36,257 nt of DNA from Patescibacteria group bacterium (GCA_038062295.1 JBBTXL010000045.1:1-36257), one strand, 5' to 3'. Shown: positions 16,770-23,448, counted from the stretch's first letter. Translations and numbers: made by a program. The notes: a model not told the origin generated them from the letters alone.

Positions 16770-16813
16770 AACAGTTCGACAAGCTCACCGAAACAGTTCG
16801 ATACACTCACTGT
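16770..16813 (+). repeat. Tandem 22-bp direct repeat (2 units)
   Basis: aacagttcgacaagctcaccga / aacagttcgatacactcactgt: 17 of 22 identical. The first 10 nt and the 'ctcac' block are conserved. Confidence 0.75.
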
Positions 16814-16830
16814 AAAAAGGAGGTGATGGG

Positions 16831-16869
16831 GTGAAGTTCTTCTATCCCGTTGGATTTGTTCAGGAGTAG
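16831..16869 (+). CDS. Micro-ORF MKFFYPVGFVQE (12 aa)
   Basis: GTG start 7 nt after the GGAGG core of perfect SD AAAGGAGGTGA (16816-16826). Peptide-level paralog of the micro-ORF at 23647-23679. Confidence 0.4.
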   Translation: MKFFYPVGFVQE

Positions 16870-17288
16870 GGAGCCTCTGTCATGAAGGGGAACACGGGGT
16901 CCGGCGGTGCTCAACCGTCGGGAAATCGGGACCAGAGAGATTGACCAGGACGGAGTCCTGGTGTGATCACTGGAAAAACCCGTTGTTTCTTTCCAGATTC
17001 CGTCATGCTGCCTGGGGGGTGTCCCTATATGCGGGACGAAGCCCGTACCAGCTTTTGCGCTCTCCCTTGAGAAAGGAGAGGTCGGCAACGGTGGCCCGTG
17101 TGTTCCAAACTTCGGTTTGGACGACGGCGGCAGTATGGCGCGAGGTGCAGACGTATCGGAGGAACCTCGTGAGAAGAATCTGGCGCGGCCGGTGAAGTGC
17201 AACGCACTGCGGAGCTTGGGGGCGGAACAACCCGCGGTGAGCCGGTAAGGAAACTACCCTTCATGCATGCTCGGTTTTATCAACCACT
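16870..17288 (+). ncRNA. Candidate ~0.4-kb structured RNA / leader
   Basis: 9-bp long-range helix catgaaggg (16881-16889) / cccttcatg (17257-17265). Local stems at 16944-16962, 17060-17080 and 17105-17120 (the last with a UUCG loop). ORFs listed here look like composition artefacts. Confidence 0.35.
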
Positions 17289-17309
17289 ATGAACGAAAGG
17301 AGGCACACA

Positions 17310-17606
17310 ATGTCGTGCGAAGAAATGGAGCCGGAATGGCAGGAAATTGAGCAAGAAGTTGAAAAGGTGGTTGAAGCGCTTCCGGAGCTGCCACCCAAAG
17401 AAGTTATCATGGAGGAAATTCATATGGAGACCCACAAGCTCGTTGACCTCCAGAAAGTCATTTTCGGGAAACCGAATCTGAAGCGCGCAGAAACTGCGGC
17501 GCTTATGAAAAGTGCGGCGAGAAACATCCTTGCCAATATCAAGGCGGGCGCCGCCAAACATCTTCCTGTGCATGTGACAGGCAACTCCCGCCAACGGGCG
17601 GGATAA
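17310..17606 (+). CDS. Hypothetical acidic protein (98 aa)
   Basis: ATG 17310 lies 6 nt after AAAGGAGG. The listed 17289 start has no SD. Confidence 0.65.
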   Translation: MSCEEMEPEWQEIEQEVEKVVEALPELPPKEVIMEEIHMETHKLVDLQKVIFGKPNLKRAETAALMKSAARNILANIKAGAAKHLPVHVTGNSRQRAG

Positions 17607-17630
17607 AGGGGTAAGGAGTAACATATCTTT

Positions 17631-17699
17631 ATCCCTCTTTCAGAGCTTGCCAGAACTATATTTTTGTGGTATACTGTTCTGACAAGTTGCGAAAGGGAT
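17631..17699 (+). repeat. SD-mimic stem-loop, copy F (carries a promoter in its loop)
   Basis: atccctctttc...gcgaaagggat outer stem. Inner stem cttgccagaac (17646-17656) / gttctgacaag (17676-17686) with one mismatch. Confidence 0.6.
17647..17675 (+). promoter_or_regulatory. Sigma70-type promoter with extended -10
   Basis: TTGCCA, 17-nt spacer, TGg-TATACT. Shares the 13-mer tggtatactgttc with the promoter at 12272-12285. Confidence 0.6.
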
Positions 17700-17728
17700 C
17701 TTTGAAAAACAAATAAAGCGGAGGGGAG

Positions 17729-17962
17729 ATGAAAACACAGGAAGAGATACAAAGCGACCTCGTTGCGATACTGGAAAGCCATGGCGACGTGAAAGGTTAT
17801 ATTGCAAGTCTTATCGACCCGTTGCCATACACGACGCCCGAGGAGAAAGCAAGTAAAAATAGGAAAGCCGCGGCAGCGATTATGGCGTACGGTTCGTTTG
17901 AACGCGGTCTCTTTAATGTTGATATGCTTGCTGAAATATTACATAGAACTATCAACCCCTAA
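17729..17962 (+). CDS. Hypothetical protein (77 aa)
   Basis: ATG preceded by GCGGAGGGGAG. Stop TAA overlaps the SD of the next gene. Confidence 0.6.
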   Translation: MKTQEEIQSDLVAILESHGDVKGYIASLIDPLPYTTPEEKASKNRKAAAAIMAYGSFERGLFNVDMLAEILHRTINP

Positions 17963-17975
17963 AGGAGGTGAGAAC

Positions 17976-19055
17976 ATGGAGATGAGTTTGTCGTTGCGGC
18001 AAAGCCCGATGCTGGAATTGCGGCAGGCGCTGGAGAGTTCGCTTGAGCAGTCACTTATGGTACGGCATGAACTCCAGATGGCCATGGTGTTGTATCAGAA
18101 GCGGGAAGATGTATGCACCCGTCTTTACAAAAACGCTCTCAAAAAGGGTATGGTGAAACAGTACGCTCGGCACGACATGCAGTTTGAATTCGCGCTGGTG
18201 CGGAAGAAAGACGTCCCGGAGTGGATCTGGAAAGACTGCGGCCACGCGTTTTCCCATTGTCTCATGAAAGGATGGGACTGCTTCTTTTTCGGAAGCAAGT
18301 ATGCTATGGCGCGTGGGAGCTGGTTACTCTTTGTCATCCATGATTTTCACCGCGAACCGATGCCGGACAGCGCTGTCGGGTATGCAGCGGTACATGAGCG
18401 TGGAGAGATGGTTACGTTGGGAGATCACAACCTGGCATCCAAGCTCGAATTTTCGATCGCTGCGAAGGAGAGCAAGCTTAAGTGGTACATCGAATGGATC
18501 AAACAGACATGTCCGGAGAAATTTGCCGACATATTCAGCTACCAGACCCACTTCGTGCTGCCCGAGGGCGAGGAACTGCGTCAGACGCTCGAGGTATTCC
18601 AAGCATCTAAAGAAGCTCGGAAAGTAAAACAGCTGATCGAAGAATTTGAGTGGCCGTTGACGCTGTTGAAACTCCTCAAACAGTACGATGACGCAAACCG
18701 GCAGGCGCTTGGAATCATTCTGGATATGTTCTTGATGGCCGGCGATGTGGCGATAAAGGCCAATGTTTCCGTCATTCAGACGGTTGAACATATCAAGGCG
18801 GTTTTCCAGCGCGGGTTTTCCGAAATGACTTCCCAAGATCTCAAAAGGTACTTGAGCATTGTTCGGTTGGAAGGACGATGGAAAGATCAGCGCAATGAGC
18901 TGGGGAATAAGTTTTCCGAGATGTTGACCAGGAGAGAGAAACTCTTGGGCATTGACCGCTATCTTCGCGAACTTGATGCCGCGAGGGTAACAAATTCTCT
19001 TCCCACAGACGGCATTCTCTCTCCGGACTTTCGGGAAGTCCTCCGATATATATGA
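17976..19055 (+). CDS. Hypothetical protein (359 aa)
   Basis: ATG 17976 lies 5 nt after AAAGGAGGTGA (17961-17971); the listed 17802 start overlaps the previous gene. Contains 'CGHAFSHCLMKGWDC'. No family recognised. Confidence 0.75.
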   Translation: MEMSLSLRQSPMLELRQALESSLEQSLMVRHELQMAMVLYQKREDVCTRLYKNALKKGMVKQYARHDMQFEFALVRKKDVPEWIWKDCGHAFSHCLMKGWDCFFFGSKYAMARGSWLLFVIHDFHREPMPDSAVGYAAVHERGEMVTLGDHNLASKLEFSIAAKESKLKWYIEWIKQTCPEKFADIFSYQTHFVLPEGEELRQTLEVFQASKEARKVKQLIEEFEWPLTLLKLLKQYDDANRQALGIILDMFLMAGDVAIKANVSVIQTVEHIKAVFQRGFSEMTSQDLKRYLSIVRLEGRWKDQRNELGNKFSEMLTRREKLLGIDRYLRELDAARVTNSLPTDGILSPDFREVLRYI

Positions 19056-19060
19056 ACATG

Positions 19061-19108
19061 GCCCGCCAAGGTTTTCAAAACAACGAGAACCGCGGCGGGC
19101 TTTCTTTT
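19061..19108 (+). terminator. Intrinsic terminator after the gene string
   Basis: gcccgcc (19061-19067) / ggcgggc (19094-19100) plus ggtt/aacc, followed by tttctttt. Confidence 0.7.
19065..19108 (+). repeat. Direct repeat, left copy (flanks the ABC gene)
   Basis: gccaaggttttcaaaacaacgagaaccgcggcgggctttctttt. 41 of 45 aligned columns are identical to 20937-20981; the last 22 nt are identical. Confidence 0.85.
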
Positions 19109-19138
19109 CGTACCGCACCATACTAAACTTATGAAGTT

Positions 19139-20881
19139 ATGTATTCAACCCGAAACCTGATATCTGATACCTGGTTTTATTTGAGAGCTTATAAAAAGAG
19201 GTTTTTGCTGGCGACACTCCTGCGAGTGGTCGCCGATCTGTCGTGGCTCTATCCGCCCTATGCGTTTGCGGTGATCGTGAACTTTTTTGCCGATTACACC
19301 GCCGGAGAATCCTTGATGCCCATATACACTGCGTTTGTACTTACCATCGTTGCGGTTACGGTCCGGTACTGGGGATTACAGCTTGTAAAGATGATGGCGT
19401 ACCAGATCTCCGAACGGGTTGCCCTGGACGCAGAACTCCGGGCAATGAGGCACTTGGTACTCCTTGACATGTCTTGGCATGAAAAAGAGAACGCCGGGAA
19501 CAAATTCAAGCGCATCGAGCGAGGAGCCGAGAGCTTAGATGTGGTTCTCCGGATCTGGATAGACAATATCATTGAGATCGTCGTCAACCTCGTGGGGGTA
19601 GTATTCATTATTCTCCACTTTGACCTTGGGATGGGCATCGCAGTTTCTCTATTTCTGGTCACGTTCTATGTTTTAGCCCGCTTCTATCGCAAGAAGGCAG
19701 TAGCTGCGGCGGGTGTGGTGAATATAAAAACAGAGCATCGGAGCGGGATACTTTTTGAATCCATAAACAACATTCGGAGCGTTAAGGTAATGTCCATGGC
19801 GCCCAAGATTTTGGAAACGCTCTCGGCAAATGCGGCGGATCTGTTCAGCGCGATCAGAAAACGAATTTACTGGTTCCAAATCGGGGGTACCATCAGAAAC
19901 TTTTACGCAAATGCTTTTCAGATCGGCGCGATGATCTATATTGTCTACGGGGTGGTTCATGGAAAGTATGAGATCGGCTTTCTGGTGCTCTTTGTCGGAT
20001 ACTTCGGGCATGTTTGGCAGTCGATGCGGGAACTCGCGGATATAACCGCACGTTTTGCCGTTGCCAGAATCGCCGTTTCTCGCATGCAGGACATCCTCTA
20101 TACTCCTGTCACGATCGACCGCGAAGACGGGAAGGTTGCGTTTCCCGTCGACTGGAAAACAATATCGGTAAACAATGTGTCGTTCTCGTACCAAAGCAAA
20201 CCCGTCCTGCGTAACGTATCATTTACCGTGCATCGGGGAGAAAAGGTCGGCGTTGTTGGCCTGTCGGGAGCGGGAAAGTCAACTCTGTTTAAGCTTTTGC
20301 TCAAAGAGCACGAGTCTTATAGCGGCGAGATCTATTTTGACGATGTTCCCTTGCGGGACATCAGCAAACGGGATTATTTTAACCACATGGCGGTGGTACT
20401 CCAGGATACCGAGCTCTTCAACGCGTCGCTGCGCGACAACATTACTATCACGAACCAAAAAGAGGAAAATAATAAAAAACTGCTTCGGGATTCGATCGAG
20501 ATAGCTCATGTGAAGGACTTCATGGCGAAGTTGTCGGAAGGAGCGGAATCCGTTATTGGGGAAAAGGGGATAAAGCTGTCGGGGGGAGAGAAACAGCGTG
20601 TGGGGCTCGCGCGGGCGATATTCAAAAAGCCGCAAATCCTCCTTCTGGATGAAGCGACCTCACATCTGGATATAGAGTCCGAAGAAAAAATTCAGGATTC
20701 ACTGCACCGGTTTTTCAAGAATGTGACCGCCGTCGTCATCGCTCACCGGCTCACCACCATCAAAGAAATGGACACAATCATCGTTATTGAGGATGGGAGC
20801 ATCATGGAGTCCGGAAGTTTTTCCGATCTGCAAAAGAGAAAAGGGAGATTTGCCGAGCTGTGGGAGAAGCAGAAACTCTAG
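19139..20881 (+). CDS. ABC exporter, fused permease-ATPase (MsbA / type I exporter-like)
   Basis: Six-TM N-terminal half. Walker A 'GLSGAGKST', signature 'LSGGEKQRV', Walker B 'ILLLDEATSHLD'. No peptidase domain. Confidence 0.93.
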   Translation: MYSTRNLISDTWFYLRAYKKRFLLATLLRVVADLSWLYPPYAFAVIVNFFADYTAGESLMPIYTAFVLTIVAVTVRYWGLQLVKMMAYQISERVALDAELRAMRHLVLLDMSWHEKENAGNKFKRIERGAESLDVVLRIWIDNIIEIVVNLVGVVFIILHFDLGMGIAVSLFLVTFYVLARFYRKKAVAAAGVVNIKTEHRSGILFESINNIRSVKVMSMAPKILETLSANAADLFSAIRKRIYWFQIGGTIRNFYANAFQIGAMIYIVYGVVHGKYEIGFLVLFVGYFGHVWQSMRELADITARFAVARIAVSRMQDILYTPVTIDREDGKVAFPVDWKTISVNNVSFSYQSKPVLRNVSFTVHRGEKVGVVGLSGAGKSTLFKLLLKEHESYSGEIYFDDVPLRDISKRDYFNHMAVVLQDTELFNASLRDNITITNQKEENNKKLLRDSIEIAHVKDFMAKLSEGAESVIGEKGIKLSGGEKQRVGLARAIFKKPQILLLDEATSHLDIESEEKIQDSLHRFFKNVTAVVIAHRLTTIKEMDTIIVIEDGSIMESGSFSDLQKRKGRFAELWEKQKL

Positions 20882-20936
20882 AACAGCATCAGAACATTTT
20901 CTTCTTTGCTGACTGTAGTATAAGGAAAGAAACCTA

Positions 20937-20981
20937 GCCAAGACTTTTTAAAACAACGGGAACCGCGGCGGGCTTTCTTTT
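20937..20981 (+). repeat. Direct repeat, right copy
   Basis: gccaagactttttaaaacaacgggaaccgcggcgggctttctttt. It lacks the upstream gcccgcc arm, so it folds poorly as a terminator. Confidence 0.85.
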
Positions 20982-21002
20982 ACGTTTACTCCCCAGTGGG
21001 GT

Positions 21003-22010
21003 ATGATATATAATGAAAATATGGATAAACCAGAACAATCAAATAAATATTCTGAAAAGGAGGCTTTGGAAGAAGCTTCTCAAATGAGGGAATTAGTCGG
21101 AGAAAAAGGAAGAGCCGAGGATTATGATGTGGCGGAAGAGTTGTTAGAAAAAACAAAGAGTGATGATGAGGAGGTAACTACACCTGATCTCGGTAAAGAT
21201 GACAGTCCAAGAAAAGTAGAGATGTCTCCAATAGAGAAATATGCATTTCCTGATGAAGAAAGTGTTTTTGGTCAGAAGTCGTGGAAAGAATCGTTGGAAG
21301 AAAATACTCCCGCTCCTAAGAAATGGAAAGGACTTCAGAACTTTCCTGTGCCAGCTCGCAAAGAAAAGCCAGAACAGAACGAAAAAAAATCAACAGAGAA
21401 AGATAAGATAGAGGACTCTCTGTGGACATCGGCAGAATCAGCGCAGCAAATGAGAGTTTTTCTGGAAAAAAGAATCGGCAAACTCGTGGCGGAAGTTACG
21501 GAAATGAGAAAGAACCGTTTAAATTTACACGAACAGGAGATTATGGATGAAAAAGAACAGAAACTCTTACTTTTAACCCGCCAACTGGAGCAAAAAAAAC
21601 AAGAAGAGGAAGAGATACAAAAAAAGCTGGAAAGTCTTGAAAATGGCAGCATGAGCTTCGAGGTCAAACATGAACTTACCCAAGCTCTGCAAGAGAACGA
21701 TTCTCTGTCCAAGAGGAAACAGAGAATTCAAGAAGAACGAGATAGGATTTTAGAGGAGATGAAAAGAACCGGTGAGTATAGTGAACACGAACCAGGGAAA
21801 GCGTTAAAAATAGCAACGCAGCTTGCTCGTCAAGGTGGCAAACAGGGGCCGCTTACAACAGGACGACACGCATCCCACATTAAGAACGTTGACACTTCAA
21901 GCGCAGAAGGGGAGTTTTATTTTCACTCGGCAGATACCCATGGTGGGAAAGTGGGATATGGCAAACGCCCACGAAAAGACGCAGGCGGACGAACCGTCAG
22001 AAAAAGTTAA
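21003..22010 (+). CDS. Hypothetical highly charged coiled-coil protein (335 aa)
   Basis: Long open frame in a visibly lower-GC block. E/K-rich heptad-like segments ('EQKKQEEEEIQKKLESLE'). Confidence 0.65.
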   Translation: MIYNENMDKPEQSNKYSEKEALEEASQMRELVGEKGRAEDYDVAEELLEKTKSDDEEVTTPDLGKDDSPRKVEMSPIEKYAFPDEESVFGQKSWKESLEENTPAPKKWKGLQNFPVPARKEKPEQNEKKSTEKDKIEDSLWTSAESAQQMRVFLEKRIGKLVAEVTEMRKNRLNLHEQEIMDEKEQKLLLLTRQLEQKKQEEEEIQKKLESLENGSMSFEVKHELTQALQENDSLSKRKQRIQEERDRILEEMKRTGEYSEHEPGKALKIATQLARQGGKQGPLTTGRHASHIKNVDTSSAEGEFYFHSADTHGGKVGYGKRPRKDAGGRTVRKS

Positions 22011-22037
22011 GTTTTTAATACGAAATAAGCAGATCTG

Positions 22038-22703
22038 CTAACGTTCGGTCTCTGCAAATTCTTCATGGACGCCGTTTTCGAGTACCAGGAAAACTTTTGT
22101 TGCAGTGATTGGCTGGGGGAGCCTCATTGCAACCGTGCGGCCGAGTGGATTTTGTCCATGGTTTCTACTGCTTAAATCCCAATAGTTGTTGATCGTGTAT
22201 AAGGTGTCTTTGTCATTGGTTCCTTTTTGCGCGAGAAATGTTAACAGTGCTTGCACGCCGCTTTTATATTCTTCCGACCCAACTTCCATAATGCCGTGCT
22301 CATCTTTATACACGAGCTTGTTTTTGTCCACAACGGCAATAATTCCATCTTCAAGGCGTGTAAAAGTAAATGCCGTATAAGGACTATTGGAAAGAAATAC
22401 TCCTTCCTCCGCAAGCTGGCCCTTTTGGACAGGGTATCTTTGCGTTAGCTTTATTTCTTCGTACGCCTCGCGGTTTAACCCGCGAAACAATGTATCGGCG
22501 GACACAAAATCAATGGGGTTCTTCCCGCAATCTTTTTGTTCGTTTTCCGATAAATACTTTATGAGTAATTGAATATATTCTGCATATTCATACTCCCGTT
22601 CACGGCCGATCTGTTCGCGCGCAACGGCGTATCGTATGGCATCTCTGTTTACAGCAACGTTGAGAACGCCGTCCGTTACTTCGCTGGCTCGCTCACGTTC
22701 CAT
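22038..22703 (-). CDS. Hypothetical protein (221 aa)
   Basis: Overlaps the 3' end of the upstream TrmB paralog by 28 nt (same strand). No family recognised. Confidence 0.65.
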   Translation of the reverse strand: MERERASEVTDGVLNVAVNRDAIRYAVAREQIGREREYEYAEYIQLLIKYLSENEQKDCGKNPIDFVSADTLFRGLNREAYEEIKLTQRYPVQKGQLAEEGVFLSNSPYTAFTFTRLEDGIIAVVDKNKLVYKDEHGIMEVGSEEYKSGVQALLTFLAQKGTNDKDTLYTINNYWDLSSRNHGQNPLGRTVAMRLPQPITATKVFLVLENGVHEEFAETER

Positions 22704-23431
22704 AAGGTGTGAAACAGCGATTTCAAACTCTCCGCCAAGCTTTTGGATACCACGGTAAATCCGAAATCTTCCTCTTTAGGGGAAATGACGGCCACGGTGT
22801 TGTCCAAAATAAGAATGGTGCTGGTGATTTTCATGCCAGCAGGCAGGAAGCGAAGTTCACGCAGCCGTTCTTTTTGCTGTGTGATATATTTATGTTCGAT
22901 TTCCTCTTCTCGCACTCGCAATGACTTGGAGAGAATTTTTTGTGCTACCCGCCTTCGGCTGAAGGAAAAATCGGGTCCCAAGACTTCCTTTATTTTTTGC
23001 GACGAACCAATGGAGTATAAGACTTTTTCTTTACTCTCAAGCAGTTTGTTATAGATGGTTCGGATACCCTCCTCTCCTTCATACAGATTGAGCGGAGCTT
23101 TTGTTCGGGAGATGTTCGCGTGCTGATATTTGTCCAGCTCCGGTTTGAGTTTTTCAAATGTTACTATCCTATCTTCCAGCATGCTCTTGATGTGTATCGG
23201 GTTTTCAGCAGTATACCGCTTTATCTTATTGGATATGTAAGAAGAAGCAAGACCGGATTTTACCAAGTTTTCCAAAATGTTGTAGGCGGTGGGCCGCTTC
23301 ACGCCCGCCTTTTTTGCAATGAGCGATACCGGAGCATCGGCAAGTCCAAGGAGCGCAAAATAGACGTTTTGGCTTGCCTCATCAAGACCAAGGGACGAGA
23401 AAAACTTTTCTAATTCATGGCTTGTTGTCAT
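22676..23431 (-). CDS. TrmB-family winged-helix transcriptional regulator (251 aa), paralog 2
   Basis: 'LGLDEASQNVYFALLGLADAPVSLIAKKAGVKRPTAYNILENLVKSGL'. Same length and architecture as 12288-13043. Confidence 0.8.
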   Translation of the reverse strand: MTTSHELEKFFSSLGLDEASQNVYFALLGLADAPVSLIAKKAGVKRPTAYNILENLVKSGLASSYISNKIKRYTAENPIHIKSMLEDRIVTFEKLKPELDKYQHANISRTKAPLNLYEGEEGIRTIYNKLLESKEKVLYSIGSSQKIKEVLGPDFSFSRRRVAQKILSKSLRVREEEIEHKYITQQKERLRELRFLPAGMKITSTILILDNTVAVISPKEEDFGFTVVSKSLAESLKSLFHTLWNVSEPAK

Positions 23432-23448
23432 AATGCATCAACAGAACG

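Noticed and set aside
16807-17264. ORFs 16807..17202(-), 16941..17195(+), 17003..17230(-) and 17025..17264(-)
   Set aside because: They mutually overlap in a GC-rich, hairpin-rich segment. They have no SDs, and their products are Pro/Arg/Ser/Trp-rich.
16870-17288. RNase P RNA, tmRNA or a known riboswitch
   Set aside because: There is no GAGGAAAGUCC / P4 pairing, no tRNA-like 3' end or tag ORF, and no B12 box, SAM-I, TPP, glycine or guanidine-I core in the correct order. Only short chance resemblances appear (AGUGCAAC, GGUAAGG, ACACGG).
14202-17699. Possible CRISPR array, given the repeated hairpins
   Set aside because: The repeats are irregularly spaced (from under 200 nt to about 1.7 kb), are interleaved with genes, and differ in length. 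No cas genes are present.
17976-18110. Sigma-54 region I-like N-terminus ('MSLSLRQSPMLELRQAL') in the 359-aa orphan
   Set aside because: The resemblance is limited to a Leu/Gln-rich pattern. There is no core-binding region or RpoN box anywhere in the protein.
22038-22703. ADP-ribosyltransferase toxin call for the 221-aa orphan
   Set aside because: Only 'FRG' and 'SNS' loosely match the R and S-T-S motifs. There is no convincing ExE/QxE catalytic motif, so it stays a hypothesis inside a finding and is not an annotation.
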